From Eledone cirrhosa (lineage: Eukaryota), in NCBI GenBank assembly GCA_964016885.1, contig OZ024748.1, positions 46,624,001 to 46,688,000 on the forward strand: a DNA stretch of 64,000 bases, written 5' to 3'. This document shows positions 49,101 through 64,000 of this stretch, one piece after another. Position numbers and translations under genes: made by a program. The notes beneath the pieces are model-generated. The model searched no databases. It saw nothing but the letters and a program-made list of their open reading frames with translations, and was not told the origin of the DNA. Position 1 is the first letter of the stretch. Each line of letters starts with the position of its first letter.

Positions 49101-52100
49101 ACACTGCTCTAACACCTCCCAATCCTGACTACACTGCTCTAACACCTCCCAATCCTGACTACACTGCTCTAACACCTCCCAATCCTGACTACACTGCTCT
49201 AACACCTCCCAATCCTGACTACACTGCTCTAACACCTCCCAATCCTGACTACACTGCTCTAACATCTCCCAATCCTGACTACACTGCTCTAACACCTCCC
49301 AATACTGACTACACTGCTGTAACACCTCCCAATCCTGACTACACTGCTGTAACACCTCCCAATCCTGACTACACTGCTCTGACACCTCCCAATCCTGACT
49401 ACACTGCTCTAACACCTCCCAATCCTGACTACACTGCTCTAACACCTCCCAATCCTGACTACACTGCTCTGACACCTCCCAATCCTGACTACACTGCTCT
49501 AACACCTCCCAATCCTGACTACACTGCTCTAACACCTCCCAATCCTGACTACACTGCTCTAACACCTCCCAATCCTGACTACACTGCTCTAACACCTCCC
49601 AATCCTGACTTCACTGCTCTAACACCTCCCAATCCTGACTACACTGCTCTAACACCTCCCAATCCTGACTACACTGCTCTAACACCTCCCAATCCTGACT
49701 ACACTGCTGTAACACCTCCCAATCCTGACTACACTGCTCTAACACCTCCCAATCCTGACTTCACTGCTCTAACACCTCCCAATCCTGACTACACTGCTCT
49801 AACACCTCCCAATCCTGACTACACTGCTGTAACACCTCCCAATCCTGACTACACTGCTCTAACACCTCCCAATCCTGACTACACTGCTCTAACCACACAA
49901 TCCTGACTACACTGCTCTAACACCTCCCAATCCTGACTACACTGCTCTAACACCTCCCAATCCTGAATACACTGCTCTAACACCTCCCAATCCTGACTAC
50001 ACTGCTCTAACAACACACAATCCTGACTACACTGCTCTAACACCTCCCAATACTGACTACACTGCTCTAACACCTCCCAATCCTGACTACACTGCTCTAA
50101 CACCTCCCAATCCTGACTACACTGCTCTAACACCTCCCAATCCTGACTACACTGCTCTAACACCTCCCAATCCTGACTACACTGCTCTAACACCTCCCAA
50201 TCCTGACTACACTGCTCTAACATCTCCCAATCCTGACTACACTGCTCTAACACCTCCCAATACTGACTACACTGCTGTAACACCTCCCAATCCTGACTAC
50301 ACTGCTGTAACACCTCCCAATCCTGACTACACTGCTCTGACACCTCCCAATCCTGACTACACTGCTCTAACACCTCCCAATCCTGACTACACTGCTCTAA
50401 CACCTCCCAATCCTGACTACACTGCTCTGACACCTCCCAATCCTGACTACACTGCTCTAACACCTCCCAATCCTGACTACACTGCTCTAACACCTCCCAA
50501 TCCTGACTACACTGCTCTAACACCTCCCAATCCTGACTACACTGCTCTAACACCTCCCAATCCTGACTTCACTGCTCTAACACCTCCCAATCCTGACTAC
50601 ACTGCTCTAACACCTCCCAATCCTGACTACACTGCTCTAACACCTCCCAATCCTGACTACACTGCTGTAACACCTCCCAATCCTGACTACACTGCTCTAA
50701 CACCTCCCAATCCTGACTACACTGCTCTAACCACACAATCCTGACTACACTGCTCTAACACCTCCCAATCCTGACTTCACTGCTCTAACACCTCCCAATC
50801 CTGACTACACTGCTCTAACACCTCCCAATCCTGACTTCACTGCTCTAACACCTCCCAATCCTGACTACACTGCTCTAACCACACAATCCTGACTACACTG
50901 CTCTAACACCTCCCAATCCTGACTACACTGCTCTAACACCTCCCAATCCTGACTACACTGCTCTAACACCTCCCAATCCTGACTACACTGCTCTAACACC
51001 TCCCAATCCTGACTTCACTGCTCTAACACCTCCCAATCCTGACTACACTGCTCTAACACCTCCCAATCCTGACTACACTGCTCTAACACCTCCCAATCCT
51101 GACTACACTGCTGTAACACCTCCCAATCCTGACTACACTGCTCTAACACCTCCCAATCCTGACTTCACTGCTCTAACACCTCCCAATCCTGACTACACTG
51201 CTCTAACACCTCCCAATCCTGACTACACTGCTCTAACACCTCCCAATCCTGACTACACTGCTCTAACCACACAATCCTGACTACACTGCTCTAACACCTC
51301 CCAATCCTGACTACACTGCTCTAACACCTCCCAATCCTGACTACACTGCTCTAACACCTCCCAATCCTGACTACACTGCTCTAACACCTCCCAATCCTGA
51401 CTACACTGCTCTAACCACACAATCCTGACTACACTGCTCTAACACCTCCCAATCCTGACTACACTGCTCTAACACCTCCCAATCCTGACTACACTGCTCT
51501 AACACCTCCCAATCCTGACTACACTGCTCTAACACCTCCCAATCCTGACTACACTGCTCTAACACCTCCCAATCCTGACTACACTGCTCTAACACCTCCC
51601 AATCCTGACTACACTGCTCTAACACCTCCCAATCCTGACTACACTGCTCTAACACCTCCCAATCCTGACTACACTGCTCTAACACCTCCCAATCCTGACT
51701 ACACTGCTCTAACCACACAATCCTGACTACACTGCTGTAACACCTCCCAATCCTGACTACACTGCTCTAACACCTCCCAATCCTGACTTCACTGCTCTAA
51801 CACCTCCCAATCCTGACTACACTGCTCTAACCACACAATCCTGACTACACTGCTCTAACACCTCCCAATCCTGACTTCACTGCTCTAACACCTCCCAATC
51901 CTGACTACACTGCTCTAACACCTCCCAATCCTGACTTCACTGCTCTAACACCTCCCAATCCTGACTACACTGCTCTAACCACACAATCCTGACTACACTG
52001 CTCTAACACCTCCCAATCCTGACTACACTGTTCTAACACCTCCCAATCCTGACTACACTGCTCTAACACCTCCCAATCCTGACTACACTGCTCTAACACC

Positions 52101-55100
52101 TCCCAATCCTGACTTCACTGCTCTAACACCTCCCAATCCTGACTACACTGCTCTAACACCTCCCAATCCTGACTACACTGCTCTAACACCTCCCAATCCT
52201 GACTACACTGCTGTAACACCTCCCAATCCTGACTACACTGCTCTAACACCTCCCAATCCTGACTTCACTGCTCTAACACCTCCCAATCCTGACTACACTG
52301 CTCTAACCACACAATCCTGACTACACTGCTCTAACACCTCCCAATCCTGACTTCACTGCTCTAACACCTCCCAATCCTGACTACACTGCTCTAACACCTC
52401 CCAATCCTGACTTCACTGCTCTAACACCTCCCAATCCTGACTACACTGCTCTAACCACACAATCCTGACTACACTGCTCTAACACCTCCCAATCCTGACT
52501 ACACTGCTCTAACACCTCCCAATCCTGACTACACTGCTCTGACACCTCCCAATCCTGACTTCACTGCTCTAACACCTCCCAATCCTGACTTCACTGCTCT
52601 AACACCTCCCAATCCTGACTTCACTGCTCTAACACCTCCCAATCCTGACTACACTGCTCTAACACCTCCCAATCCTGACTACACTGCTCTAACACCTCCC
52701 AATCCTGACTTCACTGCTCTAACACCTCCCAATCCTGACTACACTGCTCTAACCACACAATCCTGACTACACTGCTCTAACACCTCCCAATCCTGACTTC
52801 ACTGCTCTAACACCTCCCAATCCTGACTACACTGCTCTAACACCTCCCAATCCTGACTTCACTGCTCTAACACCTCCCAATCCTGACTACACTGCTCTAA
52901 CCACACAATCCTGACTACACTGCTCTAACACCTCCCAATCCTGACTACACTGCTCTAACACCTCCCAATCCTGACTTCACTGCTCTAACACCTCCCAATC
53001 CTGACTACACTGCTCTAACCACACAATCCTGACTACACTGCTCTGACACCTCCCAATCCTGACTACACTGCTCTAACACCTCCCAATCCTGACTTCACTG
53101 CTCTAACACCTCCCAATCCTGACTACACTGCTCTAACACCTCCCAATCCTGACTACACTGCTCTAACACCTCCCAATCCTGACTTCACTGCTCTAACACC
53201 TCCCAATCCTGACTACACTGCTCTAACCACACAATCCTGACTACACTGCTCTAACACCTCCCAATCCTGACTTCACTGCTCTAACACCTCCCAATCCTGA
53301 CTACACTGCTCTAACACCTCCCAATCCTGACTTCACTGCTCTAACACCTCCCAATCCTGACTACACTGCTCTAACCACACAATCCTGACTACACTGCTCT
53401 AACACCTCCCAATCCTGACTACACTGCTCTAACACCTCCCAATCCTGACTACACTGCTCTGACACCTCCCAATCCTGACTTCACTGCTCTAACACCTCCC
53501 AATCCTGACTTCACTGCTCTAACACCTCCCAATCCTGACTACACTGCTCTAACACCTCCCAATCCTGACTACACTGCTCTAACACCTCCCAATCCTGACT
53601 TCACTGCTCTAACACCTCCCAATCCTGACTACACTGCTCTAACACCTCCCAATCCTGACTACACTGCTCTAACACCTCCCAATCCTGACTTCACTGCTCT
53701 AACACCTCCCAATCCTGACTACACTGCTCTAACCACACAATCCTGACTACACTGCTCTAACACCTCCCAATCCTGACTACACTGCTCTAACACCTCCCAA
53801 GCCTGACTACACTGCTCTAACACCTCCCAATCCTGACTACACTGCTGTAACAACACACAATCCTGACTACACTGCTCTAACACCTCCCAATCCTGACTAC
53901 ACTGCTCTAACACCTCCCAAGCCTGACTACACTGCTCTAACACCTCCCAATCCTGACTACACTGCTCTAACACCTCCCAATCCTGACTACACTGCTCTAA
54001 CACCTCCCAATCCTGACTACACTGCTCTAACAACACACAATCCTGACTACACTGCTCTAACACCTCCCAATCCTGACTACACTGCTCTAACACCTCCCAA
54101 TCCTGACTACACTGCTCTAACACCTCCCAATCCTGACTACACTGCTCTAACAACACACAATCCTGACTACACTGCTCTAACACCTCCCAATCCTGACTAC
54201 ACTGCTCTAACACCTCCCAAGCCTGACTACACTGCTCTAACACCTCCCAATCCTGACTACACTGCTCTAACACCTCCCAATCCTGACTACACTGCTCTAA
54301 CACCTCCCAAGCCTGACTACACTGCTCTAACACCTCCCAATCCTGACTACACTGCTCTAACACCTCCCAATCCTGACTACACTGCTCTAACACCTCCCAA
54401 TCCTGACTACACTGCTCTAACACCTCCCAAGCCTGACTACACTGCTCTAACACCTCCCAATCCTGACTACACTGCTCTAACACCTCCCAAGCCTGACTAC
54501 ACTGCTCTAACACCTCCCAATCCTGACTACACTGCTCTAACACCTCCCAAGCCTGACTACACTGCTCTAACACCTCCCAATCCTGACTACACTGCTCTAA
54601 CACCTCCCAATCCTGACTACACTGCTCTAACACCTCCCAATCCTGACTACACTGCTCTAACAACACACAATCCTGACTACACTGCTCTAACACCTCCCAA
54701 TCCTGACTACACTGCTCTAACACCTCCCAATCCTGACTACACTGCTCTAACACCTCCCAATCCTGACTACACTGCTCTAACACCTCCCAATCCTGACTAC
54801 ACTGCTCTAACAACACACAATCCTGACTACACTGCTCTAACACCTCCCAATCCTGACTACACTGCTCTAACACCTCCCAATCCTGACTACACTGCTCTAA
54901 CACCTCCCAATCCTGACTACACTGCTCTAACAACACACAAGCCTGACTACACTGCTCTAACACCTCCCAATCCTGACTACACTGCTCTAACACCTCCCAA
55001 TCCTGACTACACTGCTCTAACACCTCCCAATCCTGACTACACTGCTCTAACACCTCCCAATCCTGACTACACTGCTCTAACAACACACAATCCTGACTAC

Positions 55101-58100
55101 ACTGCTCTAACACCTCCCAATCCTGACTACACTGCTCTAACACCTCCCAATCCTGACTACACTGCTCTAACAACACACAATCCTGACTACACTGCTCTAA
55201 CACCTCCCAATCCTGACTACACTGCTCTAACACCTCCCAATCCTGACTACACTGCTCTAACACCTCCCAATCCTGACTACACTGCTCTAACACCTCCCAA
55301 TCCTGACTACACTGCTCTAACACCTCCCAATCCTGACTACACTGCTCTAACAACACACAATCCTGACTACACTGCTCTAACACCTCCCAATCCTGACTAC
55401 ACTGCTCTAACACCTCCCAATCCTGACTACACTGCTCTAACACCTCCCAATCCTGACTACACTGCTCTAACAACACACAATCCTGACTACACTGCTCTAA
55501 CACCTCCCAATCCTGACTACACTGCTCTAACAACACACAATCCTGACTACACTGCTCTAACACCTCCCAATCCTGACTACACTGCTCTAACACCTCCCAA
55601 GCCTGACTACACTGCTCTAACCACACAATCCTGACTACACTGCTCTAACACCTCCCAATCCTGACTACACTGCTCTAACCACACAATCCTGACTACACTG
55701 CTCTAACACCTCCCAATCCTGACTACACTGCTCTAACAACACACAATCCTGACTACACTGCTCTAACACCTCCCAATCCTGACTACACTGCTCTGACACC
55801 TCCCAATCCTGACTACACTGCTCTAACACCTCCCAATCCTGACTACACTGCTCTAACCACACAATCCTGACTACACTGCTCTGACACCTCCCAATCCTGA
55901 CTACACTGCTCTAACACCTCCCAATACTGACTACACTGCTGTAACACCTCACAATCCTGACTACACTGCTCTAACACCTCCCAATCCTGACTACACTGCT
56001 GTAACACCTCCCAATCCTGACTACACTGCTCTAACACCTCCCAATCCTGACTACACTGCTCTAACCACACAATCCTGACTACACTGCTCTGACACCTCCC
56101 AATCCTGACTACACTGCTCTAACACCTCCCAATCCTGACTACACTGCTGTAACACCTCCCAATCCTGACTACACTGCTCTAACACCTCCCAATACTGACT
56201 ACACTGCTGTAACACCTCCCAATCCTGACTACACTGCTCTAACACCTCCCAATCCTGACTACACTGCTCTAACCACACAATCCTGACTACACTGCTCTGA
56301 CACCTCCCAATCCTGACTACACTGCTCTAACTCCTCCCAATCCTGACTACACTGCTCTGACACCTCCCAATCCTGACTACACTGCTCTAACACCTCCCAA
56401 TCCTGACTACACTGCTCTAACACCTCCCAATCCTGACTACACTGCTCTGACACCTCCCAATCCTGACTACACTGCTCTGACACCTCCCAATCCTGACTAC
56501 ACTGCTCTAACACCTCCCAATACTGACTACACTGCTGTAACACCTCCCAATCCTGACTACACTGCTCTAACACCTCCCAATCCTGACTACACTGCTGTAA
56601 CACCTCCCAATACTGACTACACTGCTCTAACACCTCCCAATCCTGACTACACTGCTGTAACACCTCCCAATCCTGACTACACTGCTCTAACACCTCCCAA
56701 TCCTGACTACACTGCTGTAACACCTCCCAATCCTGACTACACTGCTCTAACACCTCCCAATCCTGACTACACTGCTCTAACACCTCCCAATCCTGACTAC
56801 ACTGCTGTAACACCTCCCAATCCTGACTACACTGCTCTAACACCTCCCAATCCTGACTACACTGCTCTGACACCTCCCAATCCTGACTACACTGCTCTGA
56901 CACCTCCCAATCCTGACTACACTGCTCTAACACCTCCCAATACTGACTACACTGCTGTAACACCTCCCAATCCTGACTACACTGCTCTAACACCTCCCAA
57001 TCCTGACTACACTGCTGTAACACCTCCCAATACTGACTACACTGCTCTAACACCTCCCAATCCTGACTACACTGCTGTAACACCTCCCAATCCTGACTAC
57101 ACTGCTCTAACACCTCCCAATCCTGACTACACTGCTGTAACACCTCCCAATCCTGACTACACTGCTCTAACACCTCCCAATCCTGACTACACTGCTCTAA
57201 CCACACAATCCTGACTACACTGCTCTGACACCTCCCAATCCTGACTACACTGCTCTAACACCTCCCAATCCTGACTACACTGCTCTAACACCTCCCAATC
57301 CTGACTACACTGCTCTAACACCTCCCAATCCTGACTACACTGCTCTAACACCTCCCAATACTGACTACACTGCTGTAACACCTCCCAATCCTGACTACAC
57401 TGCTCTAACACCTCCCAATCCTGACTACACTGCTCTAACCACACAATCCTGACTACACTGCTCTGACACCTCCCAATCCTGACTACACTGCTCTAACACC
57501 TCCCAATCCTGACTACACTGCTCTAACACCTCCCAATCCTGACTACACTGCTGTAACACCTCCCAATCCTGACTACACTGCTCTAACACCTCCCAATACT
57601 GACTACACTGCTGTAACACCTCCCAATCCTGACTACACTGCTCTAACACCTCCCAATCCTGACTACACTGCTCTAACCACACAATCCTGACTACACTGCT
57701 CTGACACCTCCCAATCCTGACTACACTGCTCTAACACCTCCCAATCCTGACTACACTGCTCTGACACCTCCCAATCCTGACTACACTGCTCTAACACCTC
57801 CCAATCCTGACTACACTGCTCTAACACCTCCCAATACTGACTACACTGCTCTAACACCTCCCAATCCTGACTACACTGCTGTAACACCTCCCAATCCTGA
57901 CTACACTGCTCTAACACCTCCCAATCCTGACTACACTGCTCTAACCACACAATCCTGACTACACTGCTCTGACACCTCCCAATCCTGACTACACTGCTCT
58001 AACACCTCCCAATCCTGACTACACTGCTCTGACACCTCCCAATCCTGACTACACTGCTCTAACACCTCCCAATACTGACTACACTGCTCTAACACCTCCC

Positions 58101-61100
58101 AATCCTGACTACACTGCTCTAACCACACAATCCTGACTACACTGCTCTAACACCTCCCAATCCTGACTACACTGCTCTAACAACACACAATCCTGACTAC
58201 ACTGCTCTAACACCTCCCAATCCTGACTACACTGCTCTAACACCTCCCAATACTGACTACACTGCTCTAACACCTCCCAATCCTGACTACACTGCTGTAA
58301 CACCTCCCAATCCTGACTACACTGCTCTAACCACACAATCCTGACTACACTGCTCTAACACCTCCCAATCCTGACTACACTGCTCTAACACCTCCCAATC
58401 CTGACTACACTGCTCTAACACCTCCCAATCCTGACTACACTGCTGTAACACCTCCCAATCCTGACTACACTGCTCTAACACCTCCCAATCCTGACTACAC
58501 TGCTCTAACACCTCCCAATACTGACTACACTGCTCTAACACCTCCCAATCCTGACTACACTGCTGTAACACCTCCCAATCCTGACTACACTGCTCTAACA
58601 CCTCCCAATCCTGACTACACTGCTCTAACACCTCCCAATCCTGACTACACTGCTCTAACACCTCCCAATCCTGACTACACTGCTGTAACACCTCCTAATC
58701 CTGACTACACTGCTCTAACACCTCCCAATACTGACTACACTGCTCTAACACCTCCCAATCCTGACTACACTGCTGTAACACCTCCCAATCCTGACTACAC
58801 TGCTCTAACACCTCCCAATCCTGACTACACTGCTCTAACACCTCCCAATCCTGACTACACTGCTCTAACACCTCCCAATCCTGACTACACTGCTGTAACA
58901 CCTCCCAATCCTGACTACACTGCTCTAACACCTCCCAATACTGACTACACTGCTGTAACACCTCCCAATCCTGACGACACTGCTGTAACACCTCCCAATA
59001 CTGACTACACTGCTCTAACACCTCCCAATCCTGACTACACTGCTGTAACACCTCCCAATCCTGACTACACTGCTCTAACCACACAATCCTGACTACACTG
59101 CTCTGACACCTCCCAATCCTGACTACACTGCTCTAACAACACACAATCCTGACTACACTGCTCTAACACCTCCCAATCCTGACTACACTGCTCTGACACC
59201 TCCCAATCCTGACTACACTGCTCTGACACCTCCCAATCCTGACTACACTGCTCTAACACCTCCCAATCCTGACTACACTGCTCTGACACCTCCCAATCCT
59301 GACTACACTGCTCTAACACCTCCCAATCCTGACTACACTGCTCTAACCACACAATCCTGACTACACTGCTCTGACACCTCCCAATCCTGACTACACTGCT
59401 CTAACACCTCCCAATCCTGACTACACTGCTCTGACACCTCCCAATCCTGACTACACTGCTCTAACACCTCCCAATCCTGACTACACTGCTCTGACACCTC
59501 CCAATCCTGACTACACTGCTCTAACACCTCCCAATCCTGACTACACTGCTCTGACACCTCCCAATCCTGACTACACTGCTCTAACACCTCCCAATCCTGA
59601 CTACACTGCTCTGACACCTCCCAATCCTGACTACACTGCTGTAACACCTCCCAATCCTGACTACACTGCTCTAACCACACAATCCTGACTACACTGCTCT
59701 GACACCTCCCAATCCTGACTACACTGCTCTAACACCTCCCAATCCTGACTACACTGCTCTAACACCTCCCAATCCTGACTACACTGCTCTAACACCTCCC
59801 AATCCTGACTACACTGCTCTAACCACACAATCCTGACTACACTGCTCTAACACCTCCCAATCCTGACTACACTGCTCTAACACCTCCCAATCCTGACTAC
59901 ACTGCTCTGACACCTCCCAATCCTGACTACACTGCTCTGACACCTCCCAATCCTGACTTCACTGCTCTAACACCTCCCAATCCTAACTACACTGCTCTAA
60001 CCACACAATCCTGACTACACTGCTCTGACACCTCCCAATCCTGACTACACTGCTCTGACACCTCCCAATCCTGACTTCACTGCTCTAACACCTCCCAATC
60101 CTGACTACACTGCTCTAACCACACAATCCTGACTACACTGCTCTGACACCTCCCAATCCTGACTTCACTGCTCTAACACCTCCCAATCCTGACTTCACTG
60201 CTCTAACACCTCCCAATCCTGACTACACTGCTCTAACACCTCCCAATCCTGACTACACTGCTCTGACACCTCCCAATCCTGACTACACTGCTCTAACACC
60301 TCCCAATCCTGACTACACTGCTCTAACACCTCCCAATCCTGACTACACTGCTCTAACAGCTCCCAATCCTGACTACACTGCTCTGACACCTCCCAATCCT
60401 GACTACACTGCTCTGACACCTCCCAATCCTGACTACACTGCTCTAACACCTCCCAATCCTGACTACACTGCTCTAACACCTCCCAATCCTGACTACACTG
60501 CTCTAACACCTCCCAATCCTGACTACACTGCTCTAACACCTCCCAATCCTGACTACACTGCTCTAACACCTCCCAATCCTGACTACACTGCTCTAACACC
60601 TCCCAATCCTGACTACACTGCTCTGACACCTCCCAATCCTGACTACACTGCTCTAACACCTCCCAATCCTGACTACACTGCTCTAACACCTCCCAATCCT
60701 GTCTTCACTGCTCTAACACCTCCCAATCCTGACTACACTGCTCTAACACCTCCCAATCCTGACTACACTGCTCTAACACCTCCCAATCCTGACTACACTG
60801 CTCTAACACCTCCCAATCCTGACTACACTGCTCTAACACCTCCCAATCCTGACTACACTGCTCTAACACCTCCCAATCCTGACTACACTGCTCTAACACC
60901 TCCCAATCCTGACTACACTGCTCTAACACCTCCCAATCCTGACTACACTGCTCTAACACCTCCCAATCCTGACTACACTGCTCTAACACCTCCCAATCCT
61001 GACTACACTGCTCTAACACCTCCCAATCCTGACTACACTGCTCTAACACCTCCCAATCCTGACTACACTGCTCTAACACCTCCCAATCCTGACTACACTG

Positions 61101-64000
61101 CTCTAACACCTCCCAATCCTGACTACACTGCTCTAACACCTCACAATCCTGACTACACTGCTCTAACACCTCCCAATCCTGACTACACTGCTCTAACCAC
61201 ACAATCCTGACTACACTGCTCTAACAACACACAATCCTGACTACACTGCTCTAACACCTCCCAATCCTGACTACACTGCTCTAACCACACAATCCTGACT
61301 ACACTGCTCTAACACCTCCCAATCCTGACTACACTGCTCTAACACCTCCCAATCCTGACTACACTGCTCTAACACCTCCCAATCCTGACTACACTGCTCT
61401 AACCACACAATCCTGACTACACTGCTCTAACACCTCCCAATCCTGACTACACTGCTCTAACCACACAATCCTGACTACACTGCTCTAACACCTCCCAATC
61501 CTGACTACACTGCTCTAACACCTCCCAATCCTGACTACACTGCTCTAACACCTCACAATCCTGACTACACTGCTCTAACACCTCCCAATCCTGACTACAC
61601 TGCTCTAACCACACAATCCTGACTACACTGCTCTAACCACACAATCCTGACTACACTGCTCTAACACCTCCCAATCCTGACTACACTGCTCTAACCACAC
61701 AATCCTGACTACACTGCTCTAACACCTCCCAATCCTGACTACACTGCTCTAACACCTCCCAATCCTGACTTCACTGCTCTAACACCTCCCAATCCTGACT
61801 ACACTGCTCTAACCACACAATCCTGACTACACTGCTCTGACACCTCCCAATCCTGACTACACTGCTCTAACACCTCCCAATCCTGACTACACTGCTCTGA
61901 CACCTCCCAATCCTGACTTCACTGCTCTAACACCTCCCAATCCTGACTACACTGCTCTAACCACACAATCCTGACTACACTGCTCTGACACCTCCCAATC
62001 CTGACTACACTGCTCTGACACCTCCCAATCCTGACTACACTGCTCTGACACCTCCCAATCCTGACTACACTGCTCTGACACCTCCCAATCCTGACTACAC
62101 TGCTGTAACAACACACAATCCTGACTACACTGCTCTAACCACACAATCCTGACTACACTGCTCTAACACCTCCCAATCCTGACTACACTGCTCTAACACC
62201 TCCCAATCCTGACTACACTGCTGTAACAACACACAATCCTGACTACACTGCTCTAACACCTCCCAATCCTGACTACACTGCTCTGACACCTCCCAATCCT
62301 GACTACACTGCTCTGACACCTCCCAATCCTGACTTCACTGCTCTAACACCTCCCAATCCTGACTTCACTGCTCTAACACCTCCCAATCCTGACTACACTG
62401 CTCTAACAACACACAATCCTGACTACACTGCTCTAACACCTCCCAATCCTGACTACACTGCTCTAACCACACAATCCTGACTACACTGCTCTAACACCTC
62501 CCAATCCTGACTACACTGCTCTGACACCTCCCAATCCTGACTACACTGCTCTGACACCTCCCAATCCTGACTTCACTGCTCTAACACCTCCCAATCCTGA
62601 CTACACTGCTCTAACCACACAATCCTGACTACACTGCTCTGACACCTCCCAATCCTGACTACACTGCTCTAACACCTCCCAATCCTGACTACACTGCTCT
62701 GACACCTCCCAATCCTGACTTCACTGCTCTAACACCTCCCAATCCTGACTACACTGCTGTAACACATCCCAATCCTGACTACACTGCTGTAACACCTCCC
62801 AATCCTGACTACACTGCTGTAACACCTCCCAATCCTGACTACACTGCTCTAACCACACAATCCTGACTACACTGCTCTGACACCTCCCAATCCTGACTTC
62901 ACTGCTCTAACACCTCCCAATCCTGACTACACTGCTCTAACACCTCCCAATCCTGACTACACTGCTGTAACACCTCCCAATCCTGACTACACTGCTGTAA
63001 CACCTCCCAATCCTGACTACACTGCTCTAACCACACAATCCTGACTACACTGCTCTGACACCTCCCAATCCTGACTACACTGCTCTAACACCTCCCAATC
63101 CTGACTTCACTGCTCTAACACCTCCCAATCCTGACTACACTGCTCTGACACCTCGCAATCCTGACTACACTGCTCTAACACCTCCCAATCCTGACTACAC
63201 TGCTCTAACCACACAATCCTGACTACACTGCTCTGACACCTCCCAATCCTGACTTCACTGCTCTAACACCTCCCAATCCTGACTACACTGCTCTAACCAC
63301 ACAATCCTGACTACACTGCTCTGACACCTCCCAATCCTGACTACACTGCTCTAACACCTCCCAATCCTGACTTCACTGCTCTAACACCTCCCAATCCTGA
63401 CTACACTGCTCTGACACCTCGCAATCCTGACTACACTGCTCTAACACCTCCCAATCCTGACTACACTGCTCTAACCACACAATCCTGACTACACTGCTCT
63501 GACACCTCCCAATCCTGACTTCACTGCTCTAACACCTCCCAATCCTGACTACACTGCTCTAACCACACAATCCTGACTACACTGCTCTGACACCTCCCAA
63601 TCCTGACTACACTGCTCTAACACCTCCCAATCCTGACTTCACTGCTCTAACACCTCCCAATCCTGACTACACTGCTCTGACACCTCGCAATCCTGACTAC
63701 ACTGCTCTAACACCTCCCAATCCTGACTACACTGCTCTAACCACACAATCCTGACTACACTGCTCTGACACCTCCCAATCCTGACTTCACTGCTCTAACA
63801 CCTCCCAATCCTGACTACACTGCTCTAACCACACAATCCTGACTACACTGCTCTGACACCTCCCAATCCTGACTTCACTGCTCTAACACCTCCCAATCCT
63901 GACTACACTGCTCTAACACCTCCCAATCCTGACTACACTGCTCTAACACCTCCCAATCCTGACTACACTGCTCTAACACCTCCCAATCCTGACTACACTG
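28112..64000. repeat. 30-bp satellite array, consensus CTACACTGCTCTAACACCTCCCAATCCTGA, ~1200 units, open at the window end
   Basis: Uninterrupted head-to-tail array of 30-bp units plus a 28-bp variant (CTAACCACACAAT) and a 30-bp CTAACAACACACAAT variant; no insertions or inversions seen. Confidence 0.98.

Noticed and set aside
28029-62319. LEQCSQDWEV / DYTALTPPNP repeat proteins
   Set aside because: Read-through of a 30-bp satellite; frames are broken constantly by the 28-bp variant and by the GACTTCAC stop variant; starts are non-ATG.
28112-64000. Telomeric repeat array
   Set aside because: Minus strand has TTAGAG, TCAGGA, TTGGGA but no TTAGGG runs or 6-bp periodicity; resemblance is too weak.

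Overview
Repeat-dominated, non-bacterial (animal) DNA with no confidently identifiable host gene. The tRNA-derived SINE family and the dense (TA)n/(GA)n/(TG)n/(GGT)n repeats resemble, from recall only, octopod cephalopod genomes. Layout: 1-8.4 kb holds microsatellites, SINEs, a ~0.6 kb non-autonomous RTE-type element and several fold-back (MITE-like) elements. 8.6-21.6 kb holds G/T-rich minisatellites, including a ~9.1 kb array of a 24-bp palindrome-containing unit. 21.6-28.1 kb holds nested MITE/SINE insertions, tandem SINEs, more minisatellites and a weak two-exon coding candidate. 28.1-64.0 kb is a >=35.9 kb array of a 30-bp satellite with zoned variants and local higher-order repeats, running off the window end. 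Nearly all ORFs in the track are repeat read-through artefacts. I found no evidence of CRISPR or another recognisable multi-gene system. The best leads are the orphan satellite seed upstream of the array, the variant zoning of the arrays, a synonymous-variant bias in one frame of the 24-bp array, a pre-miRNA-like hairpin and a dense inverted-repeat cluster. Coordinates were read by eye and boundaries are approximate.
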